DNA from: Acidobacteriota bacterium
GTDB lineage: Bacteria; Acidobacteriota; UBA890; WLXD01
Assembly: GCA_012103255.1 (NCBI GenBank)
Contig: WLXD01000004.1
Coordinates: forward strand, 398,460 to 462,459
Direction of reading: 5' to 3'
DNA: 64,000 nt
The notes under the pieces are model-generated. The model made no database searches. It was not told where the DNA came from and was given only the letters and a program-made list of their open reading frames with translations. The position numbers were made by a program, and so were the translations under genes. Below are positions 1 to 9,556 of the stretch, one piece after another. Every line of letters starts with the position of its first letter. Position 1 is the first letter of the stretch.

Positions 1-1244
1 TTGGGATCACTCGGGGCGGGACGGACGCGCTACGGAGCGGGCGCGGCGCGATCGGCGTGGGAGGGCAACTCTGGAACGTCCTCGTCGTGGCAGAGGTCGC
101 GCTCGCCATCCTGCTCCTGACCGGAGCCGGCCTGATGATCCGCAGCTTCTGGCAGGTCATGCAGGTCCACACAGGCTACGAAGCCGAGAACGTTCTCACC
201 GCCGAGGTGGCCATTCCGTCCGCGCTCTATGCAGAGGATGGTGACGCCGCACGTATTCTCGAGGCCATGGCGTCGGATATCGCGGCGTTGCCAGGAGTCG
301 AAGCCACTGGTTTCGTGAATCACCTCCCCATGGCCGGGCTGAGCATCAACGGTGCTTTCAACGTCGAGGGCAGTGGGTTGTCCAACGCGTATGCCTCCTA
401 TCGGGTGACGGGCGGCAACTACTTCGAAGCGATGCGTATTCCGCTTCTCGAAGGCCGACTGTTCGACGCCCGGGATATCCAGGGCGCCGAGCCGGTGGTG
501 ATCGTGAACGCGAGCTTCGCCGCGGCTGTCTTCCCCGGCGAGAGCGCTGTCGGGAAACGCATCGGCAATCTCGCGAACGACAACTGGATCTACGGCGACG
601 AGTGGATGCGCATCATCGGCGTGGTCGGCGACGTTCGGCATGGAGGTCCCGAGCGGCCTGCGCACCGCGAAACGTACGTGCACTACCTGCAGCGCCCCTA
701 CCGGGCCCGGGGCCCCTCGTTCGCAATCCGCATAGCCGGTGACCCGGCCGCGGTAACACCCCTGATCCGCGAACGCGTGGCGCGTCTCGACGATCAGATC
801 CCGATCGAGTTCAAAGCTCTGGAGGAACACGTGCAGGCGGCCGCCGCGCCGCGCACGTTCACGCTTCTGGTTCTTGGGGTCTTCGCGGCCGTAGCCCTGT
901 CGCTCGCGGCCGTAGGCATCTACGGGGTGGTGTCATACGCCGTAGCGCGACGTCATCGCGAAATGGGGATCCGGATGGCGCTCGGAGCCGCACCGCGATC
1001 CGTGCAGCGAATGGTGATCGGGGAGTCGCTACGACGCGTCGGTATCGGTGTGGCTCTCGGCGTCGGAGCGGCCGTCGCCGCCACTCGTCTTCTCGACAGC
1101 ATGCTGTTCGAGGTCGACCGTCTCGATCCGGTCGCGTTCGTCGCCGGCGCTGTCGCCCTATTGGGCGCGGCGACTCTCGCCAGCTGGTTGCCTGCTCGGC
1201 GATCGGCGCGTGTCGACCCCGCCGTGGCCATCCGCAACGACTAG
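1..1244 (+). CDS. ADOP-family (Acidobacterial duplicated orphan permease) FtsX-like ABC permease, C-terminal part; the gene starts upstream of the window
   Basis: Reading frame is open from the window edge. TM segment ...GQLWNVLVVAEVALAILLLTGAGLMIRSF, then a MacB-like periplasmic domain and 3-4 C-terminal TM helices ending ...ARVDPAVAIRND, as is typical of ADOP/FtsX permeases. Confidence 0.8.
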   Translation, partial: GITRGGTDALRSGRGAIGVGGQLWNVLVVAEVALAILLLTGAGLMIRSFWQVMQVHTGYEAENVLTAEVAIPSALYAEDGDAARILEAMASDIAALPGVEATGFVNHLPMAGLSINGAFNVEGSGLSNAYASYRVTGGNYFEAMRIPLLEGRLFDARDIQGAEPVVIVNASFAAAVFPGESAVGKRIGNLANDNWIYGDEWMRIIGVVGDVRHGGPERPAHRETYVHYLQRPYRARGPSFAIRIAGDPAAVTPLIRERVARLDDQIPIEFKALEEHVQAAAAPRTFTLLVLGVFAAVALSLAAVGIYGVVSYAVARRHREMGIRMALGAAPRSVQRMVIGESLRRVGIGVALGVGAAVAATRLLDSMLFEVDRLDPVAFVAGAVALLGAATLASWLPARRSARVDPAVAIRND

Positions 1245-1318
1245 TCACGCGCCGGCCCCGCGGGAAAGCGATAGCATGACGGGTGAGTTTTCCGTAGACC
1301 CACTCTCACCCGACGAAG

Positions 1319-2422
1319 ATGACGAACAACGATCCGGACCTCCAGGCAAACGTAGAAGCTGCGCGCGAAGCGCTCGACGCGCATGTGCGCGAGATCGTAG
1401 CGTGGCATTTCGACCCGGCCACCGGCTGTCCCTATTGGCTCGATTGGGCCGAGCAGGCCGGCTGGAACCCGCGCGACGAAATCGGTGGATTCGCCGACCT
1501 CGGCAAGTTCGGCTTGTTCGAGGACGAGGCGTTGCGCGGCGGTCCGGTGCGTCGATGGGTGCCGAAGGCCTATGCCGATAGTCCGATCTACACGTTCGAG
1601 ACCGGCGGAACTACGGGAACGCCCAAGTCCCGGATCAACATCAACGACTTCCGCACGGACTACGAGCTGTTCGCCGACAACCTGCCGGAGGAGTACTTCC
1701 CGAAAGGTGCGAACTGGTTGATGCTCGGGCCGAGCGGCCCGCGCCGTCTGCGCCTCGCGGTGGAGCATCTGGCTCAATACCGCGGCGGCATCAGCTTCTG
1801 CGTGGATCTCGACCCGCGGTGGGTGATCAAGCTGATCAAGAAGGGCTGGAACGATCATCTGGTGGCCTACCAGGAGCACGTGATCGACCAGGCCGTGTCT
1901 ATCCTGAAGGCTGGGCATGATGTGCAGTGCATGTTCACGACTCCGAAGCTTCTGGAAGCGCTCGCGCTGCGCCTTGATGACATGGGAACGACGATGCACG
2001 AGATGGGCATCACGGGCATCTTCTCGGGAGGCACGGAATTCACGCCGCAGTGGAACCGGTTCGCACATGAGGAGCTGCTCGATGGCGCCTACATGACGCC
2101 GACCTACGGCAACACCCTGATGGGTCTCGCGGCAAGTTCACCCAGCGGCCCGGACAACGGCTACAAGATCACCTACTACGCACCTCAACCGCGCGCCGTC
2201 CTACAGGTTGTCGAGCCCGATGATCCAATGACGGTCGTCGAGTACGGCGGCACCGGCCGAGTGAAACTCACGACCCTCACCAAGGAGTTCTTCGTTCCTG
2301 GATTCCTGGAGCGCGACGAGGGCGAACGCGAACTGCCCTATGCCGCCTACCCATGGGACGGAGTGAGCGGCGTCCGGCCGTTTGCCAAGCTGGCGAGTTC
2401 GACCACGGTCGGGGTCTACTGA
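1319..2422 (+). CDS. Adenylate-forming enzyme of the PaaK/LuxE (acyl-protein synthetase / phenylacetate-CoA ligase-like) family
   Basis: P-loop-like motif FETGGTTGTPKSR ([ST]xGTTGxPK of ANL/PaaK/LuxE enzymes). The 367-aa length fits LuxE/PaaK-like proteins rather than the 500+ aa classical ANL ligases. Confidence 0.55.
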   Translation: MTNNDPDLQANVEAAREALDAHVREIVAWHFDPATGCPYWLDWAEQAGWNPRDEIGGFADLGKFGLFEDEALRGGPVRRWVPKAYADSPIYTFETGGTTGTPKSRININDFRTDYELFADNLPEEYFPKGANWLMLGPSGPRRLRLAVEHLAQYRGGISFCVDLDPRWVIKLIKKGWNDHLVAYQEHVIDQAVSILKAGHDVQCMFTTPKLLEALALRLDDMGTTMHEMGITGIFSGGTEFTPQWNRFAHEELLDGAYMTPTYGNTLMGLAASSPSGPDNGYKITYYAPQPRAVLQVVEPDDPMTVVEYGGTGRVKLTTLTKEFFVPGFLERDEGERELPYAAYPWDGVSGVRPFAKLASSTTVGVY

Positions 2423-2465
2423 GCCCCGTCTCCCCTACCTCACGATCGATCCGCGGAGGGTTGCC

Positions 2466-3662
2466 ATGCGTAGCCATACCGGCACGTTTGCTCGTCTGAC
2501 GTTTGGCGTGATGCTAACCACCATCGTGGCAGGTTGTGTCAGCACTTCTGCACCCGACCGAACGGGCCTGATGACGGAGGCCTCGAACGTGACGGCCGAC
2601 GCTCGCCAGGTCACGATGCGCATCGATGAGTTCACTGGCCTCTGGCTGGGTGCGGTGGAGTGGCGTGCCGACATGATTCGTTCGGCCAGCGATGACCCCG
2701 AGGTGCGCCGCAATGCGCTGCTCTGGAAAATCAACGCCAGCAGCGCCATGCTGCGGGCGACCGGCCACAACGATCCGCTCATCGCGTTGATGGATGCGTG
2801 GACTCTGGTCTACCAGTTCAAGGACTACTTCGAGAGTGGTCAGGGCGCTGACAACTTCGGCGACCAGATCCATATCGCGCGTGAACTCTCGGTGGCAGCG
2901 ATCCAGGAGATCGAGACGGTCGCGGTGCGGATCTCGAACACCGAGGGCGTGGCCAATGGACGCCGCATTGCGGCCGACTTCGCCGCGCGCGAGCCGATCG
3001 TCAACGAGTACTACCTGCGCCGGTCCGTCGCCAACGATCTTGTCGAGAGCCTGCCAACCGAGACCCGCACGGCGTTCGCCTCGCTAGGAACGATCACGCA
3101 GACCGTCGAATCGCTGAGTTCGCGCCTGACGCTCTACCTGGCATTCCTTCCCAAGCAGGCCCGCTGGCAGGCCGAGTTCATGCTCGAGGACCCGAACACC
3201 AGCGGTATGCTGGCCGGCGCGCTCGAGGACGTCTCGTCGATCGATGACACCGCCGATCGCCTGGCCGACACTCTGGATCACGCGGTCGATGACGTGCTCC
3301 CTGAAACGGTCGAGGGCATCATCGAGGTACTTCGCGCCGAGGTTGATGCGATCGAGGCGCTCGTAGACAGCGAGCGCGAGCTCATTCTCAACCGACTCCC
3401 CGAGGAGTATGCCGAGATCTTCGCGCTCGTCACCGAACAGCGCGAGGAAGCCCTGCGCCGGGTCGAGATCAAGGTCGACAACGTCATCGCCGAGGTAGAT
3501 CAGATCGCGCAACGGACTCTCGGCGACGCTGAGGGGCTTACACGTGGCACTGTGGACTACGCATTCGAGCGCGCCGTTCCGTACCTGATCGCAGCCTTCT
3601 TCGGACTCTTCATTCTCTTCCTCGTGTATCGCCTCGTGCCGCAGCGCGTGCGCACTGACTGA
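2466..3662 (+). CDS. Predicted lipoprotein of unknown function with a C-terminal TM anchor; largely alpha-helical, Glu/Ala/Leu-rich
   Basis: Lipobox LTTIVAGC at the N-terminus (likely start MRSHTG... at 2466) and a C-terminal hydrophobic helix LIAAFFGLFILFLVYRLV. No family recognised. Confidence 0.5.
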   Translation: MRSHTGTFARLTFGVMLTTIVAGCVSTSAPDRTGLMTEASNVTADARQVTMRIDEFTGLWLGAVEWRADMIRSASDDPEVRRNALLWKINASSAMLRATGHNDPLIALMDAWTLVYQFKDYFESGQGADNFGDQIHIARELSVAAIQEIETVAVRISNTEGVANGRRIAADFAAREPIVNEYYLRRSVANDLVESLPTETRTAFASLGTITQTVESLSSRLTLYLAFLPKQARWQAEFMLEDPNTSGMLAGALEDVSSIDDTADRLADTLDHAVDDVLPETVEGIIEVLRAEVDAIEALVDSERELILNRLPEEYAEIFALVTEQREEALRRVEIKVDNVIAEVDQIAQRTLGDAEGLTRGTVDYAFERAVPYLIAAFFGLFILFLVYRLVPQRVRTD

Positions 3663-3677
3663 TCCGGGAGCACTTCG

Positions 3678-5096
3678 TTGATCCACGTTCCGATTCTTCG
3701 TTGGGGCAAGCCCTACCAGAGCCTCGAGACGACCGTCGTTGAACACTTCGCCACCGGAGAACCGGTTGCCGAGGTCAGCGCCGCCACCGCGGGCATGGTG
3801 AAGCGCGACCTGCGCAAAGCAGCTCGAGCGCGTGCAGCCCTGCGCGAGTTCTCGCCGGCTGAACTTGCGGAATGTGCGCGGAAGGCTGCCGATCTCTACA
3901 TGAACGGCGACCTGCCGATCGGCGACGACGTGCAGACGCCGAACGACTTTGTTCGTCAGCAGTCGGCCACTTCCGGACTCCCGGAGGCTATGTGTCGCGC
4001 CAACATGGACAAGCTCAAGTTCGTCCTCGAGAACCTCGAAGAGGTCCTGGCAGCGCTGACGCGCGGTCTCGATCTCGACACGTTTGCGCGTGGTTGGGGC
4101 GACGAGAACGGACTCCTGCGCTCCTACCAGGTGCAGTCACCGGTGGTCGGTATGGTCCTGCCGTCCAACTCCCCGGGTGTCCACACACTCTGGATGCCGA
4201 TCCTGCCGCTCCAGGTCGGCCTGGTGATGAAACCCGGCTCGCAGGAGCCGTGGACGCCCTGGCGCATGTCGCAGGCGCTGATCGCTGCTGGAATCCCGGC
4301 CGAGGGCATTGCGCTCTATCCCGGCGGCCACGATGTCGGCGGGGCGATCCTCGAAACATGTGACCGCAGTCTCATTTTCGGCGGACCGCAAACGATCGAG
4401 CAATACGCGGGCGATCCGCGCGTGCAGGTACATGGCCCCGGCTTCAGCAAGATTCTGATTGGCGACGATGTCGTCGACGACTGGGAACAGCACCTGGACC
4501 TCATGGTCGAGAGCGTGCTTCTCAACGGTGGCCGATCCTGCATCAATTGCTCCAGCATCTGGGCGTCGCGCAATACGCGTGAAATTGCTGCAGCTTTGGC
4601 GGAGCGTCTGGGACCGGTCAACGCCCTGCCGCACGACCATCCTGATGCGGCCATCGCCGCCTTCACGGTTCCGGGGCAGGCAAAGGCGATCTCCGAGCAG
4701 ATCGACTCCATGTTGGCTTCGCCCGCAGTTGAAGAGGCCACGGCCGCCACGCGAGACGGCGAACGACTGGTCGACGAGGACCGCTATGGCTTCGTCCGTC
4801 CAACAGTCGTCCGATGCGACTCCCCTGAGGCTCCACTCGCGAACTCGGAGTACATGTTCCCGTTCGTGTCGGTAGTCGAGTGCGAGCAGGACGCCATGCT
4901 TCGGCATATCGGCCCGACCTTGGTCGGCACCGCGATCACGGGCGACGAGGGGTTCCGCGGTCAGCTTCTGGAGTCGCCGGAAATCGACCGCCTGAACTTC
5001 GGGCCGATCCCCACGACGCGGCTCAACTGGTTGCAGCCGCACGAGGGGAACATCGTCGACTTCCTCTACCGCGCGCGCGCCTTCCAGCAGGCCTGA
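3678..5096 (+). CDS. LuxC-like acyl-CoA reductase / aldehyde dehydrogenase superfamily protein
   Basis: ALDH-type catalytic cysteine context LLNGGRSCINCSS, about 470 aa. TTG start at 3678 preceded by GGGAG 9 nt upstream. Sits with the LuxE/PaaK-like gene 1.2 kb upstream. Confidence 0.5.
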   Translation: MIHVPILRWGKPYQSLETTVVEHFATGEPVAEVSAATAGMVKRDLRKAARARAALREFSPAELAECARKAADLYMNGDLPIGDDVQTPNDFVRQQSATSGLPEAMCRANMDKLKFVLENLEEVLAALTRGLDLDTFARGWGDENGLLRSYQVQSPVVGMVLPSNSPGVHTLWMPILPLQVGLVMKPGSQEPWTPWRMSQALIAAGIPAEGIALYPGGHDVGGAILETCDRSLIFGGPQTIEQYAGDPRVQVHGPGFSKILIGDDVVDDWEQHLDLMVESVLLNGGRSCINCSSIWASRNTREIAAALAERLGPVNALPHDHPDAAIAAFTVPGQAKAISEQIDSMLASPAVEEATAATRDGERLVDEDRYGFVRPTVVRCDSPEAPLANSEYMFPFVSVVECEQDAMLRHIGPTLVGTAITGDEGFRGQLLESPEIDRLNFGPIPTTRLNWLQPHEGNIVDFLYRARAFQQA

Positions 5097-5125
5097 TCCT
5101 CAGAGACCAGGCCTGCCGGCCTGGC

Positions 5126-8100
5126 CTAGTCGTTCGGTCGGTCGCCGAGACTCTGCAGGTAGCCGTGCAGCTCGTCTGCCAACTCGTCGAAGCGAGCCTT
5201 CATGTCGCCGCTCGGCCGCTGGTCGGCCGTCTGGATGTTGAAGTACAGGTACTGCAACTGGTCGACGAGCATCGGCGGCGAGTAGCGCCGCGGTAGCGTG
5301 ACCATGGCGTCCCAGATCGCCTGCCGTTCTCCAGAGAGGCTGCCAGCAGCTTCGCGCTCCGCCGTGAGATCTGCCACCGCGCGCCGGGCCGCGCCCAGTG
5401 TGTCGCTAACCCTCGCCGCAAACTCAGCCTGCTCCGTGACGTCGGCAATGGTGATGCCCTCCGCGACGACCCGCGGATCCATCACAACTTCGAAATCGCG
5501 TGACGTTTGTGGCTCGCCATCGACGACGAGACTGGCGGAATACGTACCCGGCGGAACCATCGGGCCGCGCTGCCCGGCGGCGCGCGCACTCGAAGCCCAC
5601 GGTCCTGCCGATCGCGTATCCCAGGTGAACCGGTGCATCCCTGCAGTCGCTTCGAGCCGAGGGGTGCCAAGGGCAGCCATCCGCCATTCCCGCATCCCGG
5701 GCTCTGCGTCGACCACTTCCTGGCCCGCACCCTCGGAACTGAACGCCCGCACAAGCTCGCCGCCTTCGTTGCGGATTTCCAGTCGAAGCTCGCCGGTCAG
5801 ATCTCCCTCGAGGAAATAGTCCAGATTCGCTCCCGCGGCCGGGTACTGCGGATCTGCCGGGCCTGGCGCGCGGAAGAAGAAGCCTCGACCGCGCGCGCGA
5901 ATCGCGTCCTCGATCGGAAACAGATGCGTGGTACCAGCCACGCCGTCGGCGTCGCGCACTGGCGAGACATCCGCCAGAATCCAGAAGCCGCGCCCCATGG
6001 TGGAGAGCACGACGTCGCTCCCGACAACCTTGATGTCGGTAATCGGTGTGACAGGCAGGTTCAGCTGTAGCGACTGCCAGTGGCCTCCATCGTTGAACGA
6101 TACGAACATGCCGAACTCGGTGCCCGCATACAGCAGGCCACGACGTGTCGGATCCTCGCGGACGACGCGAACCGGGTGGTCAGACGGGATGCCGTTGTTG
6201 CCCGATGTGAGCAGCGTCCAGTTCGCACCGTAGTCGGTGGTCTTGAATGCGTAGGGCGCAAAATCGCCGAGCTGGTAGCGAATGATCGTGGCGTAGGCCG
6301 TGCCCGGGTCGTGCGGCGACACCTCGATGTTCTGCACGCGCCCATGCGGGCCGGTGCCATCGGGAGTTACGTCCGTCCAGTTGGCACCGCCGTCGCGGGT
6401 CACGTGGATCGGGCCGTCGTTTGAGCCGGCCCAGATCACGCCGGCCTCGTGCGGCGACTCCTGCACGTCGTACAGCGTGGAGAAATGTTCCTCGCCTGTG
6501 ACGTCGAGAGTGATGGGAGCGCCGGACACCACCTGGGTCTCCGGATCAAACGCGGTGAGGTCCGGCGAGATCGTCTGCCAGGTCAGTCCGCCATCTTCCG
6601 TCACATGGACGAACTGCGACGTGTGGTAGACCCGGGTCGCCTTGTGCGGCGACACCGCGATCGGCGCGACGCGCTGGAACCGGAAGGCCAGATCCTTGGG
6701 GTTGCGGCCGTAGATGTTCCAGTAGCCGACGTAGTTCTGCTGCTCCTGCCCCGTGCGTTCGTTGTAGAAACCGAACCGCCCCTTGCAGTTGGCATAGACG
6801 ATGTCCGGGTCGCCAGGCTTCGGAACCACGGGCCCCGTCTCGCAGCCGCCGTGCGACTCCCAGTACGCTTCCGGCCCGCCCGGACGTCCGGACTCGGCGC
6901 GGCTCGGAACCGAAATCGTCGAGTTGTCCTGTTGACCGGCGTAGAGCCTGTAGGGGTACTCATCCGAGATGTCCACCTGATAGAGCTCAGCCGTCGCCTG
7001 ATTGTTCTGCGTCGACCACGTGGCGCCGCCGTCGCGCGACACGTTGGCCCCGCCGTCATTGGCCTGCACCATCACCATCGGATCGTCGGGGTTGATCCAC
7101 AGGTCGTGGTTGTCGCCGTGCGGCACGCGCTGGGCCTGCCAGTTCTCGCCCGCGTCGGTGGACTTGTAGAACCCTTCTGCCATGCCCCAGATCGTGTCCG
7201 GGTCGGTCGGGTGCGCGTTCAGATTCGTGTAGTAGAAGGGGCGATTGCGGATCGGCTGGAAGGCCGTGACGTGGTGCCACGTATCGCCGCAATCGTCGGA
7301 TCGGTAGACGCCACCTGCGTCCTCGGGAGCCTCGATGAGCACGTAGACCCGATCCGGGTCGGCCGGCGTCACGGCGAGATCCGCCTTGCCGCGAAGGCCA
7401 GTCGGCAGACCGTCAGTCAGTTGATCCCAGTTGTCGCCACCGTCGGTGGAACGAAACACGCCGCCTTCCATGCCGCCGGAGATGATGGTCCAGGGCTTGC
7501 GCTCCGCCTCCCATGCAGTGGCGTAGATGCGACTCGGGTCGTCGGGTGCGAACTCCAGATCAACCGCACCAGTGCGTTCCGATATGTAGAGCACCAGTTC
7601 CCAGGTGGCTCCGCCGTCGCGAGTCCGGTAGACGCCGCGTTCGGGGTTCGAGATGAACGGATTCCCGATCGCCGCCACGTAGGCAACGTCCGGATTGTCC
7701 GGATGGACAATCACCGCGCCCGTGTTGCCGGTGTTATCCAGACCGACGTGCTCCCACGATTCGCCGGCGTCGGTCGACTTGTAGACGCCCTTGCCGATAA
7801 TGACGTTGCTCCGCAGCCCGTCCGAACCCGTCGACACGTAGACAACGTCCGCGTCGGACTCCGCAACCGCGATCGCTCCGATCGATCCCGTGGCAAAAAA
7901 ACCATCGGAAACCGGGTGCCAGTTATGTCCGTAGTCCGTTGTCTTCCAGACGCCCCCACCCGAGGCGCCCATGTAGAACGTGCTCGGTTGCTCGCGATGC
8001 CCCGCAACGGCGGTAACACGGCCGCCACGCGACGGACCCACGTAGTAGTAGCGCAGCCCGCCAAAGCGCACTGACGGAACGATCTCGGCATCCGGCTCTT

Positions 8101-8185
8101 GCGCGACGGCAAGGGAAACCGGGGCGGCCACTAGGGGCGCGACCAGGGCGGCAACAACAGCGACAACAAGTAGACGATTCTTCAC
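5126..8185 (-). CDS. Secreted BNR/Asp-box repeat, sortilin/VPS10-like beta-propeller protein, often annotated as a BNR-repeat glycosyl hydrolase
   Basis: Multiple S/T-x-D-x-G-x-T/S-W Asp-box motifs (STDAGESWEHV, TRDGGATWELV, STDGGDNWDQL, SDDCGDTWHHV, SRDGGATWSTQ, TEDGGLTWQTI, TRDGGANWTDV). Likely GTG start at 8185 with GGAGG 8 nt upstream and signal peptide VKNRLLVVAVVAALVAPLVAAPVSLAVAQEP. The ORF track extends the frame to 8482. Confidence 0.8.
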   Translation of the reverse strand: MKNRLLVVAVVAALVAPLVAAPVSLAVAQEPDAEIVPSVRFGGLRYYYVGPSRGGRVTAVAGHREQPSTFYMGASGGGVWKTTDYGHNWHPVSDGFFATGSIGAIAVAESDADVVYVSTGSDGLRSNVIIGKGVYKSTDAGESWEHVGLDNTGNTGAVIVHPDNPDVAYVAAIGNPFISNPERGVYRTRDGGATWELVLYISERTGAVDLEFAPDDPSRIYATAWEAERKPWTIISGGMEGGVFRSTDGGDNWDQLTDGLPTGLRGKADLAVTPADPDRVYVLIEAPEDAGGVYRSDDCGDTWHHVTAFQPIRNRPFYYTNLNAHPTDPDTIWGMAEGFYKSTDAGENWQAQRVPHGDNHDLWINPDDPMVMVQANDGGANVSRDGGATWSTQNNQATAELYQVDISDEYPYRLYAGQQDNSTISVPSRAESGRPGGPEAYWESHGGCETGPVVPKPGDPDIVYANCKGRFGFYNERTGQEQQNYVGYWNIYGRNPKDLAFRFQRVAPIAVSPHKATRVYHTSQFVHVTEDGGLTWQTISPDLTAFDPETQVVSGAPITLDVTGEEHFSTLYDVQESPHEAGVIWAGSNDGPIHVTRDGGANWTDVTPDGTGPHGRVQNIEVSPHDPGTAYATIIRYQLGDFAPYAFKTTDYGANWTLLTSGNNGIPSDHPVRVVREDPTRRGLLYAGTEFGMFVSFNDGGHWQSLQLNLPVTPITDIKVVGSDVVLSTMGRGFWILADVSPVRDADGVAGTTHLFPIEDAIRARGRGFFFRAPGPADPQYPAAGANLDYFLEGDLTGELRLEIRNEGGELVRAFSSEGAGQEVVDAEPGMREWRMAALGTPRLEATAGMHRFTWDTRSAGPWASSARAAGQRGPMVPPGTYSASLVVDGEPQTSRDFEVVMDPRVVAEGITIADVTEQAEFAARVSDTLGAARRAVADLTAEREAAGSLSGERQAIWDAMVTLPRRYSPPMLVDQLQYLYFNIQTADQRPSGDMKARFDELADELHGYLQSLGDRPND

Positions 8186-8264
8186 GGACGGCTCCTCTGG
8201 AGGGGTGGTCGCGAGGCGCATTTTGCCTCGTGAAGCGGGCGCGGTCGAGACGGGACCCGCGAAC

Positions 8265-9425
8265 TCAGGCGCCGGCGCCCGAAAGCAGTCCTCGCGCGAT
8301 CGCGGCGTAGCCGCCTCGCGCGCCCTCGAGTTGCTCGATCTCGATGTACTCGTCGACCACGTGCGCCAGGTGCTCGGAGCTCGGCCCGAACCCGATCGTC
8401 GGAACCCCGGCGTAGCCTCCGCTGTAGGCACCGTTCGTGCAGAACTGGTAGCTGGCAAGCTCCGGATCGAATCCGGCGTCACGAAGCGACGCCAGAGAAA
8501 GCGCCACGATCGGATCGTCCTCGGCGAATTCCCACGGCGCGAACCACTTTGGCTGTTCCCAACTCACGCCGGTGTAGCTGGTGTAGTCCGCAAGTGCCAA
8601 ACTGACCTCTGTTTCCGGATGACCGGCCCGCGCACAGGCTTCGCGCATGGCGTCAAGCACATCATCCTGCGTCTCTCCGGGTAGCAGTCGCCTCTCGTAG
8701 GTCGCGCGACACGCGCTCGGCACTACCGAGTGGGCGGGATACGGCACTGAGATGATGTCCGTAAGACACATCACGCCCTCGCCGACGAACTCATGGCTCG
8801 GCATCGGAAGACGTTCGATCTCCTCGATCACCCGTTGCATCACGTGGACGGCGTTGACGCCGCGTTCCGGACTCGAAGCGTGAGCTGGTTGGCCCTGGCT
8901 CACCAGCCTGAACTCGGCGCGACCGCGGCCGGCGCGCACGAGATTCAGGTCGGACGCCTCGCCGATCACCACAAAATCTGCCCCGTGACGCTGCATCACA
9001 ACGCGCAGAGCTGCGCCCTCAATGAGTTCCTCGCCAACCGACGCAGACACCACGATCTTGCCGCGAACGGATTCACGATCGAGTCTGCCCACAGCGTGAA
9101 CCATCGCAGCGAGCGCGCCCTTCATGTCGCTAGTGCCACGGCCGTACAGACGGCCGTCCACGACCTCTCCCCCGAACGGGTCGTGCGTCCACTCGGCCCG
9201 TGGCATGACGTCGACCGTATCCATGTGAGCGTCCAGGACGAGCGTTGGTCCCGGGGACGCCCCGCGAAGCACACCAACTGCATTTCCGGCCTCATCGATC
9301 TCGACGTCGTCGAAACCAAGCAGTCGCATCTCAGCGATCGTTCGCTCGGCAACGCCGTGCTCGTCGCCGAGAACGCTCGGGATTCGCACAAGGTCGCGAG
9401 CGAAGCTCAGCAACGGTTGATCCAT
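8265..9425 (-). CDS. M20 family metallopeptidase / deacylase (ArgE/DapE/YgeY-like)
   Basis: Motifs DAHMDTV ... GRGTSDMKG. Start MDQPLL at 9425 has GAGGAG 8-13 nt upstream; the track's M at 9506 is the alternative start. Confidence 0.8.
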   Translation of the reverse strand: MDQPLLSFARDLVRIPSVLGDEHGVAERTIAEMRLLGFDDVEIDEAGNAVGVLRGASPGPTLVLDAHMDTVDVMPRAEWTHDPFGGEVVDGRLYGRGTSDMKGALAAMVHAVGRLDRESVRGKIVVSASVGEELIEGAALRVVMQRHGADFVVIGEASDLNLVRAGRGRAEFRLVSQGQPAHASSPERGVNAVHVMQRVIEEIERLPMPSHEFVGEGVMCLTDIISVPYPAHSVVPSACRATYERRLLPGETQDDVLDAMREACARAGHPETEVSLALADYTSYTGVSWEQPKWFAPWEFAEDDPIVALSLASLRDAGFDPELASYQFCTNGAYSGGYAGVPTIGFGPSSEHLAHVVDEYIEIEQLEGARGGYAAIARGLLSGAGA

Positions 9426-9556
9426 GACCCACAGACTCCTCGGATGATCGGGGAGAGGCTCGCGCGGCAAACAGGCTGGTAGATTAACCCGCTCGCTGGC
9501 CGACACGTGACAACGTCCGCGCGGCCCAATCGCATCGCATCACCGGGAGCCTCACG

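Noticed and set aside
30-830. 266-aa minus-strand ORF at the window start
   Set aside because: Antisense to the ADOP permease C-terminal fragment; no recognisable features
4137-5042. 301-aa minus-strand ORF
   Set aside because: Antisense to the LuxC-like ALDH-superfamily gene
6449-8074. 541-aa plus-strand ORF
   Set aside because: It is entirely antisense to the BNR protein gene and its translation is Arg/Val/Gly-rich with no motifs; the usual long shadow ORF of a high-GC genome
8205-8264. Hairpin GCGAGGC-N7-GCCTCG between the M20 and BNR genes as a possible terminator
   Set aside because: No following U-tract on the transcribed minus strand, the next gene starts within 20 nt, and a stem of this size is expected by chance at this GC content
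8461-8476. Palindrome CCGGATCGAATCCGG resembling a tRNA T-loop (GGTTCGAATCC-like)
   Set aside because: It lies inside the M20 peptidase coding region, no acceptor or anticodon arms can be built around it, and it is GGATCGAATCC not GGTTCGAATCC
8186-8482. N-terminal extension of the BNR ORF in the track (start at 8482)
   Set aside because: The extension is Arg/Ser/Thr-rich low-complexity sequence. A GTG with GGAGG 8 nt upstream, followed at once by a signal peptide, is a far better start at 8185
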